64,000 bases of DNA, from the NCBI GenBank assembly GCA_964016885.1, contig OZ024741.1:333808001-333872000 (forward strand), in the 5' to 3' direction. Positions within the stretch are counted from its first letter, which is position 1. Each line of letters opens with the position of its first letter. The notes beneath the pieces are model-generated. The model saw only the letters and a list, made by a program, of their open reading frames with translations, searched no databases and had not been told where the DNA came from. Made by a program: the position numbers and the translations under genes. The stretch is from Eledone cirrhosa. Taxonomy: Eukaryota. Shown piece by piece: positions 1-15,487 of the stretch.

Positions 1-9
1 CACAACCCA

Positions 10-145
10 TATTTTCCAACTGAGTGAACTGAAGCAATGTGAGATAAAGTGTCTTTTCAAGGACACTATACCATCTAGTCTGGGAATTGCACTCAAGACC
101 TTATAATCACGAATCCAGCACCCTAACCACTAATCCATGTGCCAT
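10..145 (-). mobile_element. tRNA-derived SINE, 5' part (head family with GTCCTTGAGCAAGACACTT core)
   Basis: Reverse strand reads ggcacatggattagtggttagggtgctgg...gagtgcaattccc...gtgtccttgaaaagacactttatctcac, with A/B-box-like motifs; homologous to 34360-34490, 62541-62690 and 63470-63615. Confidence 0.75.
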
Positions 146-417
146 CATGGAAGAATGAAAGGTCAAGTGAAAACCTGGTAGGATTTGAACTCAAAATATA
201 AAGAATTATTAAATAAACTTGGTAAAGCATTTTCTGTGACTATTAATTCTTCCAGAACTATTAATTCTTAAAGAACGGATCAACAAAATCCCAGACATTT
301 TTCGCTTACTGAGTGTGGTGGAACTCATCAAATTGGACCAATGAAACAATGTTTCCATTGGTCTTTCGTTGCTGATACTATCTACCTGCCGCAACTCCTG
401 GCAGAAAGAGCAACGTG

Positions 418-745
418 AAATCATCATCGTTTAATGTCCATCTTCCGTGCTAGCATGGGTTGGACAGGTTTGTCCTACTTGAGGCAAGATTGGTTGGGTG
501 ACCGTGTCTCACTCATACAGAAATGTTTCTGGCAGGTTTTCTATGGCTGAATGTCTTTTGTAACACCAAACCACATTTACAGTGTGTACTGGGAGCCTTT
601 TACCATGTCTCCTACCCAACCACTTTACAGTGTGGACTGGGTGCTTTTTGTCACGTCACCTATATAACTACTTTACAGTGGGAATCAAACTCACGGCCTC
701 ACAATTGCAAATCTAACTCTCTAACCATTATGCCAGGCACCTTCA
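418..745 (-). mobile_element. SINE with tRNA-like head and RTE-type 3' tail ending in (GAT)n
   Basis: catcatcgtttaatgtccatcttccgtgctagcatgggttggac tail and ccactttacagtgtggactgggtgctttt body; close inverse copy at 57730-58007; tRNA-like head at about 680-745. Confidence 0.75.
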
Positions 746-1343
746 CTACACATGTATAAATAATTAAATGATTAGTATATAGTTGCTAAAATTCTACTCA
801 ATTCCTGATTGTTTTTGTTAATCAATTTGAGAGTACTTAGTTGGAGAGTCAAGTTGCATAACTTGACCTTTCTATTACTTGACCTTTCATGATCAGAAAT
901 GTGTAACAATGTAATAAAACCTATGGACCTAACCTAGAAAATCTGGTGCATATTTTCAACAGCGAAAAATAACACGAAATCCACAATGTATTTCAACTCA
1001 CAATCCAAGAAACACTTGTCTATTATATATGTTAGATAACATCTGAGGAAGAAAAGCATTGCTGAATGCAGAGTTTTCAGTAACTCAATTACTGGTCCAC
1101 AACATTTCTGATAGTAGGACAGAGAAGTGAGTGCCAGTAATTTGGTGCAGAGTAAATATTGCAAGGGTTTTCGTTTGAAGAGCATTGGATTTTGGAGGGT
1201 GGAGTAGATAGGGAGCAATATTTCAATCATTGGTATATACATACATACATCATTATTTAATGTTAGATCCTTCAGAGGTGTAAATCATACATAAATGGTA
1301 GAACACAGTTGTGTCTGTGAAATTGAGATGTTAATTTGTTTGT

Positions 1344-1374
<31 letters not shown>

Positions 1375-1426
1375 GAAAGGTATAGAAATTCTTTTAGCGA
1401 GAAGCTAATAGTATTCTATAACATAT

Positions 1427-1476
1427 AAGGGAGTCTAATGTTTATATATATATATATATAAACATTAGACTCCCTT
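1427..1476. repeat. Perfect palindrome with (TA)n centre
   Basis: aagggagtctaatgttt-(ta)n-aaacattagactccctt. Confidence 0.9.
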
Positions 1477-1489
1477 TTTCTTAAAGAGT

Positions 1490-1670
1490 TTTTTTTTCTG
1501 CAATTGCACATTCTCCTCCATCTTATTATTTATTCTTTAATTTTTAATTCTATTTGCTGATGGAGGACTAGCATCCAAAATGTTAGGACCCTTTTCCTAC
1601 TATATCAAGTATAACACTAATATATTTCTTTATTGTACTCTGTTGTTCGCTTTGTTATTTCTGTTTGTCT
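1490..1670 (+). mobile_element. HHR-bearing short repeat (27430 family), decayed ribozyme
   Basis: gctgatggaggactagcatccaaaatgttaggaccc at 1556-1591 plus downstream flank homologous to 27520-27605. Confidence 0.75.
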
Positions 1671-1929
1671 ATATATATATATATATTTATTTCTTACAGC
1701 TGTCTATGCAAAACGTGGATGTCCTATTTCTGGCAAAGATAGAAAGCAAGACAAGAAAGGCAGCCAAATATAACGTGTATGTAATCACTGATGAAATAAT
1801 GCAAGTCTCCACAGAAACACCAACACAATGTATATGACTATATGACTATTTCAGTGATCACATAGCTCAGGCAACTGCGAAGTTGGACACATTTTAATAT
1901 ATACTAAATTATTTAACAGAAATAACTAA

Positions 1930-4111
<2,182 letters not shown>

Positions 4112-4172
4112 ATTAAGTCAAATAAGTAAAATTTGGCTTCGTTTATTAGAAATTATAAATTATAGATATACC

Positions 4173-4238
4173 ATATGTTGGTTGTTTACCGACAACTCAG
4201 TATACAGATTGTGAGGTGTCGGTAAACAACCAATATAT
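4173..4238. repeat. Inverted repeat / hairpin
   Basis: ttggttgtttaccgaca ... tgtcggtaaacaaccaa perfect 17-bp arms with imperfect extension. Confidence 0.85.
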
Positions 4239-4678
4239 ACTCAAAATATATATATATATAAACATACACAGACACATAAGGACATACATATTTAGGAATT
4301 TATGGGCATACTATTGCATGTGTGTTGAAATATGCATTTTGAGTGCATACTTACATGCATTCATGCATGTAAGTATGTATTTCCTTGTTGACATCCTAAT
4401 GCAAGCATATCATTTTACAGAAAAGGAAAAAAAAACATTTTGGAAAACTTTTCTTGTACAATAAATCCAGTAGGATTTTTGAAAAATGCTATATACTAAT
4501 ACTATATATTTATTGACACATATATGGCAATGTAGTGTATGTATTTCTGTAGATACTTATGTATGTATTTGTATGTATGTAGGTATATATGTGTTGGCTT
4601 GTGTATTATATATCTATGTATATAGATAGGTAGCTAGCTAGATAGATATGCTTATAAGTATGTGTGTGTGTATGTTTA

Positions 4679-4742
<64 letters not shown>

Positions 4743-5278
4743 GTTGCAAGCATAATTTGTGAGTGAATAAAGAATGTTTTATATAATTTTATTCAATGGA
4801 ACCACTGCTAATACACATTGATATATATGTTTCTGTGTGTGTGTATGTATGTGTATGCATGCATGTAGGTATGTGTATGTATGTATGTATGTATGTACGT
4901 ATGTATGTATGTATGTTTGTATGTACGAATGAATGCATGCATGTATGTATATATGTATGCATCATGTGTGTAATTATGCTTGCATATGTGTATGGATGCA
5001 TGTATGTGTGGCAGAAAGTGACAGAAAAACACATTTAGACAAAAGCATTTTTTATAATCCCTCACCTTGAATGGGTTGACATTTTAAACAAACAGATGAA
5101 TCTCTTTACAAATGAGAAATTTTAAATAATAAACAGAAAGTGGTGGATGGTTTCATTACAGGGCTGTGCCTCCAAGCGCCTCCCTGGTAAAAGAAGAACC
5201 CCACCAAAAAATAATACTTAATTTTATAATAAATAATACTTTTGTCAATCTTCATCATCCAGACATAAATGTACCCCA

Positions 5279-5721
<443 letters not shown>

Positions 5722-5827
5722 ATAAGGGTTGACAGACCACCATATATATATACACATATGCATATATATATGGTAATTATAAATACAAAGACCAAAATCC
5801 ATAGAGGACAAAATAAGATTTGTATAT

Positions 5828-5916
5828 ATTTAAGCAAACAATTTCTGCTTCCACCCTTATACAGGATCTTCTGAAGATCCCATATAAGGGTGGAAGCAGA
5901 AATTGTTTGCTTAAAT
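5828..5916. mobile_element. Fold-back element centred on a degenerate HHR-like core
   Basis: atttaagcaaacaatttctgcttccacccttata... / ...tataagggtggaagcagaaattgtttgcttaaat arms of about 43 bp; CTGAAGA at 5871 sits at the inversion point. Confidence 0.75.
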
Positions 5917-5946
5917 TATTAATCTTTGCTAATAACACACACACAC

Positions 5947-6017
<71 letters not shown>

Positions 6018-6269
6018 TATATATATATAACATATATATATATAAGTATGTATGGTTGCTGTGTAAGATAATATGCGTTAGCTCTGCTTGTTCTTAGTTC
6101 ACCTTTCTGTCACATCTTCAGCACACATAAACCAAAAACATCGAAATGTATAATCTAAGATCTCATGTTATGTCTTAGGAAGCGAGACGTTATTCTTCTG
6201 AGAAATCTTATATTTATTAGATTACTATTCATCTTAGTCATACAATTTTAAGAGATAATTACAAGCTGG

Positions 6270-6815
6270 TGTCCATATAATTGACTTTCCCCTTCCCACA
6301 AATTGTTGGCCTTGTGCCTAAATCCCAAACAATTATTATCATTAGAAGGTCAGTGGATTGGCAGTATCAGTAAAGCATTGGACATACTTTATATATAGTT
6401 ACGTCCCTTTACACTCTGAGTTCAAATCTTGCTGAGGTTAGCTTTGCCTTTCATCCTTAAGAGGTTGATAAAATAAAGTACCAGTAACGCACTGGGGTCG
6501 ATTTAACCGACTTTCCCCTCCCCTAAAATTGTTGGCTTTATGCCTAAAATCAGAAGTCATTATTATTATTAGTAGTAGTAGTAATAGTAGAAGTAGCAGT
6601 AGTAATAGTTGTAGTAGTAGTAGAGAGCAATAGATTGGCAGAATTGGTAGAGCATTGCAACATTTAGTTACAGCCCGTCGTGTTCAGAGTTCAAATTTCA
6701 TTGAGGTCAACTTTGCCTTTCATCCTTTCAAGGTTGATAAATTAAAGTACCAGTCATATAATGGGGTTGATTTAATTGACTTTCCAATGTCTGAATTAGA
6801 AACCATTATTATCAT
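6270..6815 (+). mobile_element. Tandem copies of tRNA-derived SINE family A (GAGTTCAAAT...CTTTGCCTTTCATCCTT..GGGGTCGATAAAATAAAGTACCAG)
   Basis: A 3' fragment plus two copies (about 6350-6570 and 6630-6810) with B-box gagttcaaat and (ATT)n tails. Confidence 0.85.
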
Positions 6816-6837
6816 CATTAAAATAATGTGTATGCAG

Positions 6838-6868
<31 letters not shown>

Positions 6869-8220
6869 TGTTTGTGTGTGTGTGTATGTGTGTGTTTGTG
6901 CTTGTGTGTGTGTGTGAACAATGTGTAATTAAACAAATGTAGTTTTGGGGTGAATTTAGTATTTGAATATTTGTGGACAAGTATATCATAGTTATACATG
7001 CATCATGTGTGTGTGTTTGTGTGTGTTTGTGTGTGTTTGTGTGTGTTTGTGTATATAAAAAGAGGAAGAGAGATGGTTATGTAACTACATGCTTCACATT
7101 AATTCAAACAAGTGTTCATATGTTTGTTATATTCACACAATAATAATTTTATATATATATATACCCATACGGTCTCATATATATATGTATATATATATAT
7201 GTATATATAGGTATATATAGAAATATAGGTATAAGGATACTAACTTACTAAAACATATATATATATATATATGTATATTCACACATACACACATATAACA
7301 TATATATCCACAGATACATAAATACATACATACATGCAACTGTGTGTATACATATATGTTTATATGTGCATGTATAGTAAAACTTTTCTAAAACAAGATG
7401 AAACAAAAGACCAACAAAATATTCTACACACGCACACACACACACACACACAAACACACATTCACTCACCTGAGAACTTGCACACGCACAACCCATAAGT
7501 AAATGAACTCCCGTGCACACACGCACAAGTATGCCTCCACACGTGGCAAACTGAAATGCATAAATGTGCAGTGACAAGCGCACATGCATGTATATGCACA
7601 GGCATGTATATATGCATTAAGAATTACATTGCAAAAGCATTCATTGGTACTTTCCAAGAATTCTCTTTGCAAAACTGGACATTTTTTTTAGAATACCAAA
7701 AGTAAAGTTTGAAATTTGGAAAAATTCAAGTGAAATCAAATTCCATATCAAATTTATTAAAAGTATATAAAAGATAGATGGAGGTTACAAACATTGGTGC
7801 TGCATGTTATAATTTTTAGACTAGATTCACAATGGTTCAACTGGTATCATTATTTGGGTGTTTTTATTAATAAAATTCTTCTGATCATGGGTTCCAATAT
7901 TACTTCTAGCCATTGTGCAACTTCTCAAACATATCCTCACATGCAAGGCATATTACAGTGCTATTGTTGGAGTATTAATATATGTGTATATGTGTATATC
8001 TATGTCTCTGATGACATTGTGAAAATGGATGGTCCATGGGAGAGAAGCTATCTGGCTGTACAAAAAAATGTGATACTTCAGTATTTGTGTATAAGTATAT
8101 ATATATAACAAACATACATGCATGCATATACGCACATATATACTTATATATATATATATATATATATACATATACACATATATACATATATACATACATT
8201 CATACATTATAAAATGTGTG

Positions 8221-8333
8221 TATTCATATGAGAAGCCACAAGTCTGATGAGCTATCAATTCCAGAGTCAGGCCCGATCAATACCGATCGTACCTTGAGCT
8301 GACTGACAGCGAAGCGCACATCACGTATGAATA
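8221..8333 (+). ncRNA. HHR-like motif with long structured stem II (variant core)
   Basis: CTGATGA 8244-8250, stem gctatca/tgacagc enclosing gtcag/ctgac and cgatc/gatcg helices, then GAAGC (for GAAAC) and cg...cgTA. Confidence 0.45.
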
Positions 8334-9002
8334 AGAAAATATATTGATATTTCATTCCCACTTCTTTATATATATATATATATATATACGGTGAGATCCC
8401 ATGTCATTTTTCTCTTTCAAAATCAACATTTTACCATTCCAGTCTTGGAAATATGGAATGATAAAGATATAATATAAACATAGTATGGATCAATATCACA
8501 ACAATATCGCTATAACAAACAAACAAAATACAAAACAAATCCATGACAAAAAAAAACATAAAATATAAATAATATAAAAAAAAAACATAAAATATAATCA
8601 CTAAAATACAAAAAGCAATAGAAAAAGAAAAACTTGAAGCAGAAGATGGCCATCGAAGAATATAAAAATGATTCCTTTATTAAAAGACTTAACAGTTGGT
8701 TCTTTATCCTATGGTGCTGCCATTCTGTCATTCACCATTCAAGAATTAAAAATCTAGGGATTTTTATTATTATTTGAAACCATTCTTATTATTATTGAGG
8801 GAGGGGGTTCTAAAATGTTAATTTAATTTTTAAATCATTGTGTCGGAACTTCAAAAGAGACCATCTGACAATAAACTCGTTTTATCATCCATAATAAATA
8901 GAGACCTGATATATGTGTGTGTGTGTATGTGCATATGTGTATGTATGAGTGTATATATGTATGTGTGTATGTATGTATAGAGGTGCAGGCACATGTATAA
9001 GC

Positions 9003-9039
9003 ATATATGAATATATATTTATATATGTGAGTGTATGCC

Positions 9040-9071
<32 letters not shown>

Positions 9072-9629
9072 CATTTACACATATATACATACATGTATAT
9101 GTGTGTGTGCATGTGTATGTATATCTACACTCATATATACATATGTGTGTGTGTGCGTGTGTGCGTGTGTGTGTGTGCATGTGTGTGTGTGCATGTATTC
9201 AAGCCATTATAAGTCACTGAGTGAAAAGTAAATGGCTAAAGAAGAACTGTATTATTTAAAAAGCATTATTGAATACATGAGCTAGCTCCTTAGTGTTGAG
9301 AACATCGTGAGAATGGTGGACATCTTGTGTTTTTCTGTTTAATATTACTGACAGTCTTAACTATATATATTTATCAAGGATTATTGTCACAGCAGTGATT
9401 CACAGTATATATACATGTATATATACACATTATGTCTCGGTGTATATGCTTACATATGAACACATACACACACACACACTCATATATATACATACATATC
9501 CATGCACATATATCTTTACACATATATATATATACATGCATATATATATTTGTATACACATATATGCATGTATATATGTATATATACATGAACATCTCGT
9601 ATGTGATTAATACAACTCCGGTCACATTA

Positions 9630-9692
<63 letters not shown>

Positions 9693-9821
9693 TATATATT
9701 TATATATGTGAGTGTATGCCTGTGTGTGTATATATATATATATATATACATTTACACATATATACATACATGTATATGTGTGTGTGCATGTGTATGTATA
9801 TCTACACTCATATATACATAT
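9003..9821. repeat. ~140-bp direct duplication (9003-9142 and 9684-9821)
   Basis: atatatgaatatatatttatatatgtgagtgtatgcctgtgtg...gtatatctacactcatatatacata present twice. Confidence 0.85.
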
Positions 9822-9832
9822 CTTTATCTAAC

Positions 9833-9864
<32 letters not shown>

Positions 9865-10126
9865 CATATATATATATACATATATGCATATCGATGTATA
9901 TATTTGCATATATACATATGTATATATTTTCATTAATGTTATCAGAATACAGATGCATTCATATGCATGTTTATATGTGCATATGTGAGCAGGTAAAATA
10001 TTTTGTATGATTATATATACATATTTATATAAGGGAAAAAAATATTCATACTTATTTTAATGTTTATTTGCAAGTTTTTGCATCGTTGGGTATATATTAT
10101 TATTTGCATGTGTGCCTGTCTGTATA

Positions 10127-10209
<83 letters not shown>

Positions 10210-10311
10210 ATGTATATATGTATATATAAATATATATATTAAACAAATAACGAAACGAAATTAAATTTCGTTTCGTTTGTAACTCACTTTTGTATGACTG
10301 ACGCTTAAACA

Positions 10312-10421
10312 ATTAAGTTAAAGATGTACATCCATATATGTATACTGAAATACTAGTGTGTGTATTCATATACATACTAGTATTTCAGTATACATATATG
10401 GATGTACATCTTTAACTTAAT
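10312..10421. repeat. Near-perfect ~50-bp-arm inverted repeat
   Basis: attaagttaaagatgtacatccatatatgtatactgaaatactagt / actagtatttcagtatacatatatggatgtacatctttaacttaat; smaller hairpin aacgaaacgaaatt/aatttcgtttcgtt at 10249-10278. Confidence 0.9.
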
Positions 10422-10616
10422 ATATATATTCATATATGTCTATGTATATAGATATATATGTTTGTGCGTGTCTCTCTCTATATATATATGTGTGTATATG
10501 TGTATATATGTGCATGTATACACATATCTATGTATACATATTTACTCGTAGATATACACACATATATATATAAATACACACACACATATATATATATACA
10601 TATATATACATATACA

Positions 10617-10687
<71 letters not shown>

Positions 10688-11067
10688 CTAGACTCCAATT
10701 TCCAGTTGTATGTGAATCACTTGAAATAGTAGAAATAGTGTAGTGGAGTCAATAGACACCCTGAGATGTAGTGTTTAGTATCATGAAGTACATCATATTA
10801 AAGATTTAGTGGAGGACAAGTCATGCATAGAACAGCAGTGATTAGAGTCGCGAGCAAGACAGTTGATATCTGCTACCATAAATGAGTCTACAGATAGACA
10901 TGTTATCCATCCCAAGTCAGTTGATATCCACTACCAGAAAAGAATCTTGAAGAATGCATTTTATCCATTTGAAGACATTAAAAAAGTTTATGGGATAAAA
11001 TTACAAGGTACGTTGATCTGAATACATTTTCTCTTTAATTCTATACTAATATTTATAATCATATTTA

Positions 11068-11271
11068 CCCTATATACTCGAATATAAGCTGATACAAATA
11101 TTTGCCGACCCCACTATTTTATGTCTGAGAAATGGGCAAAAATCCAAACCTTATTCGTGTAGTTTTGATGTTGGTGAAAATCATCAAAATATTGACTCCA
11201 AATATAAGCCTCTTTCTACTATCGATTTTTTTTTGTCACATATTTCTTGGCTTATATTCAACTATATACGG
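11068..11271. mobile_element. Tc1/mariner (pogo/Tigger-like) MITE
   Basis: TIRs ccctatatactcgaatataagct / ggcttatattcaactatatacgg flanked by TA on both sides. Confidence 0.75.
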
Positions 11272-11589
11272 TATATTTATGAAATGTGGGTATGATTAGA
11301 AAGTTGTTGAATAACTCTCTCAATTCCCTTCTGACTTATTGTCTTTGTAATTCTAATCCACTTGCAATGTACAATTTTCTAAACACCAATTTTTCATTTT
11401 TATATTCCACAATGCTTCAATCAAACTATCACATATAATTGAATTTATAATTGTGTTTATAATCTATACTAATTATATTTAAAGGGTTTAAAAGTTCCTA
11501 CCATATGTGGTTTCTTTCATGCCAATCTTTGATATCAAATTGTAATTCTTATTGTATTTTCTTGTCTTGTCTTGTTTCTAGTTTTGTTA

Positions 11590-12205
11590 TTTATAAAATC
11601 TTTACACATCATTTATAAAACCTTTTCACATCATTATAAAATCTTTACACATCATTTATAAAACCTTTACACATCATTATAAAATCTTTACACATCATTT
11701 ATAAAACCTTTACACATCATTATAAAATGTTTACACATCATTATAAAACTTTTACACATAATTTACACATCTTTACATATTATAAATATTTACACATCAT
11801 TATAAAATCTTTACACATCAGTTATAAATCTTTACACATCATTTATAAATCTTTACACATCATTTATAAATCTTTACACATCATTATAAAATCTTTACAC
11901 ATCATTATAAAATCTTTACACATCATTATAAATATTTCGGAGTTCAAATCCCACCGATGTTAACTTTGCCTTTCATCCTTACAGGGTCGATAAAATAAAG
12001 TACCAGTAATACACTGGGATAATTGCTGGCCTTGTGCCAAAAGTAGAAACAATAATAAATATTTACACATCATTATAAAATCTTTACACATCATTTATAA
12101 ATATTTACACATCATTTATAAATCTTTATACATCATTATAAAATCTTTACACGTCATTATAAAATCTTTACACATCATTATTAAATTATATTATACACAT
12201 CATTG
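11590..12205 (+). repeat. 21-22-bp minisatellite (TATAAAATCTTTACACATCATT)n
   Basis: More than 20 units, interrupted by a SINE fragment at 11939-12055. Confidence 0.95.
11939..12055 (+). mobile_element. 5'-truncated SINE family A within the minisatellite
   Basis: ggagttcaaatcccaccgatgttaactttgcctttcatccttacagggtcgataaaataaagtaccag; ataaatattt occurs on both sides. Confidence 0.85.
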
Positions 12206-12393
12206 TACAGATTACCACACACAGTAATCATATTTAAACATCATAATATGGTCACAGAGGCACTGAAAAGAGTCATTGGAACTGGCTTTTCCTAACTAAA
12301 CAGTAACAAAGATGAAAAAGTTCATTTACCATTTTTTCGGTGTATAAGAAAGACACTTTTTCCTTTAAAATCTTCCTGGTTCTTATACACTGA

Positions 12394-12427
<34 letters not shown>

Positions 12428-12891
12428 CTTTCCTTATTAACCACAATGGTTTACACAAAGTAGATATTAATGACAGTATAGGACAATACAGGACGGTACA
12501 AAAGGGCATTTCTGCGTGTAAAAAACAAAAAACAGAGGATGTAATAATAGAACAATGAAAAAATTCCCCAATAGGGGGGAGACTTCCGAGGGCCATCGTG
12601 GAGAAAGCCCATTAAAAAGCAATGGTGACCCTGACCACCAGGGCAATTGTCCTCTCCCAGTTTTCCACCTTCAATTTACAGGCATATACTCAGAGTATGT
12701 CCACTCACTTGGGCCATTCTTGCCTCTCTCACCCATCTTTCAACAAAAAGCTGCGAAGAGAGCACCTCCCTCTCTACCCGGATTTTCCTTTTCAAATGAA
12801 ATTGGAAAAAGTTAATCAGGGCATCACCGAAGAGGTAAGTGCTCGTCTTCAGCCCTTTCAGACGTGTCCACCATACTATCTCTTTCGCCAT
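12394..12891 (-). mobile_element. 5'-truncated L1/Tx1-like LINE (ORF2 C-terminus, 3' UTR, (ATT)n tail)
   Basis: Minus ORF MAKEIVWWTRLKGLKT...FFQFHLKRKIRVEREVLSSQLFVERW... fits the AK..IW..R...F...W C-terminus of Tx1/L1 ORF2; (AAT)n on both flanks. Confidence 0.7.
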
Positions 12892-12915
12892 AATAATAAT
12901 AATAATAATAATAAT

Positions 12916-13131
12916 GATTTCTACTATAGGCACAAAGCCAGCAATTTTGGGGAGGGGAAAGTCGATTATATCGACCCCAGTGCTTTACTGGTACTTTATT
13001 TTATCGACTCTGTAAGGATGAAAGGCAAAGTTAACCTCAGCAGGATTTGAACTCAGACTGTAAAGGACCGTAACTCTATACTGCAAAGCAAGTTGTCCGA
13101 TGCTCAACTGATACTGTCAATCCACCGCCCT
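12916..13131 (-). mobile_element. SINE family A
   Basis: ctggtactttattttatcgactctgtaaggatgaaaggcaaagttaacctcagcaggatttgaactc. Confidence 0.9.
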
Positions 13132-14184
13132 TAAATAATGATAATAAATAATAATGATTTAGGCACAAGGCCATCAAAAGGAGAGGGACAAGATACGTAT
13201 CAAATGAAATACTCATATATCTAACTATAAAAGTGATCATGAATTAACAGTTCACAAAAAAACAAAAAACAAAAAAAAAAACTGCTGCTTTAGACTAAAC
13301 CTAGTTGAGGAGTGAGTTTACAATTATCAAAGGTTTGAAAAGCTTGCGCATATTAATATGGTTCTCAGATAGAAACGTTATTTAGATGACAATTCAAAAT
13401 GGGGAAGCAATTGAGAAAATCTAGGATGTCAGGGGGGGGGGGGGGGATGTGTGACCTCGGTCTCTGAGAACCACAAGGGAATTCCTGATAAGATTTATTG
13501 AATCTAACAAGTTAATTGAGGTTGAAAATCGGTGAATTACTAGTTTATTTCATTTTATTTTTTATGTAATTCTTTTATCATTTATTTCTCTATGGAGGTC
13601 TATCATTTAAAAATTGTTAATATTTTATTATATTTTGTTATATTTCTATATTCTTAGTTTTCATTTATTTTCTATTTTTTCAAATATTTAATTTATTTTT
13701 TAAAAGTATTTTTCATATCTTTTACAAATATTTCTCAGAACCGATTCACACAAAATCTTTGCTTGTGTTTTCACAATATTCTTTTATTCTTTTATTGGTT
13801 TCAGTTATTAAACTACAGTGTTGCTGAGGCACCACATTGATTTAGTTGATCATATCAATACCAGTAATTATTTTATCGATCTCACTTTTTATCAAAATAT
13901 AAAGTTTTGAGATTCAAAAAGAGACACAATATAAATAAAGATACACGCACACATCTATATCTATATGTCATTACAGTTTTACATCTATTTATCATGGCAT
14001 GGATTAGACAAGTTGTCACATTTTCAGATAACAATGCTTTGCTCATACATTCCATTTTGGCATGTTTTCTATGACTGTATGCCCTTCCTAATGCCAACCA
14101 CTTTACAGTAAGTCCTGGGTGCAACTTATAGTGAAACCAGTGCTATCACCTTAACACATATACCAAAGTGTGTATGTGTGTATA

Positions 14185-14337
14185 CAATAGGCTTTTGTAG
14201 TTTCCCACCAACCAAATTCCAGCCACAAGGCATTGGCTAGTCAACCTGAGGCTATAGAAGGTGTTGTGTAGCATGACTTAACCCAGAACTATGTGTTTGC
14301 AAAGCAAGCTCCTTAATCAAATAGCTATATCTGCGCC
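14185..14337 (-). mobile_element. tRNA-derived SINE family D (also 36705-36955 minus, 48195-48340 plus, 50980-51115 plus)
   Basis: ggcttttgtagtttcccacaaccaaattccagccacaaggcattgg...aacccagaactatgtgtttgcaaagcaagctccttaatc shared among the copies. Confidence 0.65.
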
Positions 14338-14559
14338 TGCATTTATTAAAAAAATATTTTTTATATATCTCAGAAGTGATTTTCACAAAATTCATCCTCG
14401 TTTTGTTTTCAGAGTAGTTTATGTTCTTTGTTATAATACCAAAAGTCTTTAATTCCTGATAGAGTTGTGGGGACAATGTAGTGACATACAACATGTCTTG
14501 GGCATTTAAACATGTGTTGCCCATCCCACCACTTGGTTTTAACACAGCCTATTTGGAGA

Positions 14560-15035
14560 AATTGTGGTTCTACCAGGAGTGACTCTTGCCACATTTGAGC
14601 TCTTTAACTGCTCTTGTGACCTCAGCCTCTGTGAGGTTAGTCACTGCTCTGAGATGCATCTCGTGTACACCAGAGGATTCTGTTGTGATCAGGTTTAGGA
14701 GATCAGCAAAGTATTCTCCCCATCTCACGAGGATTCACCTCTCTGAAGAGAGAAGAACCCCAGATGCATTCTTTATAGCAGGTGTTTAGGAGTACTTCCT
14801 GTTACAAAGTCAGGGGATGGTCTGCCAGAACACTTTATTTGTTGATCTGAAGTCTGATTCAAGTTTAACCCTAAAGTCCCCCCATGTCTTAACTATGGAC
14901 GCCTTTACTGTCTCTGCTGCAATTCTTTGTGCCTGCTTGTACTGCAAGTGCAAGAAACAGGATTTATTTCCAAGCCAAGCTTTTGTAGTCTTCCTGCTTT
15001 GTTCAGGTGGAATCTTTGACCTCTTGATTGAACCA
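14560..15035 (-). mobile_element. Decayed RTE-clade LINE ORF fragment (between EN and RT domains)
   Basis: Minus peptide KAWL...YKQAQRIAAETVKASIVKTWGDFRVKLESDFRSTNKVFWQTI resembles RTE/Expander WEEFGEAMEXDFRXASKXFWQTV; frameshifted downstream. Confidence 0.7.
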
Positions 15036-15244
15036 AGGGGTCCTCCTGCCATCTGGTGCCTTTGCCCTCCTCGGTGGGATTTGAACTGAACATGCAGAGA
15101 ACCAGAATAAATACCACAAAACATTATATCTGACACTCTAACAACTCAGCCAATTCACTCGTTTTTCATCACTATGATGTTATGGACCCATAACACCTGA
15201 GGGAATTACTGGGGCACCATATTGACATACAGTGTTTCTTGGAG

Positions 15245-15487
15245 CATTTTAAAATCCAGATTTCTTTCAGATGAGGATAGAAAGAGAGAGTGAGGGAATG
15301 GAAGTGAGAAAGAGATATAGAGGAAGACTTGAACCTAGTACTAGGCTAGCACTTTTTATCAAACTCAAATGGATGAAAGGCAAGGTTGACCTCAATGGGA
15401 TTTGGAATAAGAGAGCAGAGAATCGAAACAAATACCGCAAAGCATTCTATCCGATGCTCTGGCAGTTCTGCCAATTAATTCACCTTC
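15245..15487 (-). mobile_element. SINE family A with extended 3' segment
   Basis: ggatgaaaggcaaggttgacctcaatgggatttgga; preceding gagagagtgag...gaagtgagaaagag segment shared with 23075-23200 and 61630-61750. Confidence 0.7.

Noticed and set aside
209-427. Unique 72-aa ORF
   Set aside because: The start codon lies in a SINE (GAT)n tail; no recognisable domain or splice signals.
11590-12205. CRISPR-like regular repeat (also 61162-61372)
   Set aside because: No unique spacers, eukaryotic context and no cas genes.
12555-13050. Plus-strand 142-aa ORF with an AG|GTAAGT site
   Set aside because: Antisense of the L1/Tx1 fragment running into a SINE.
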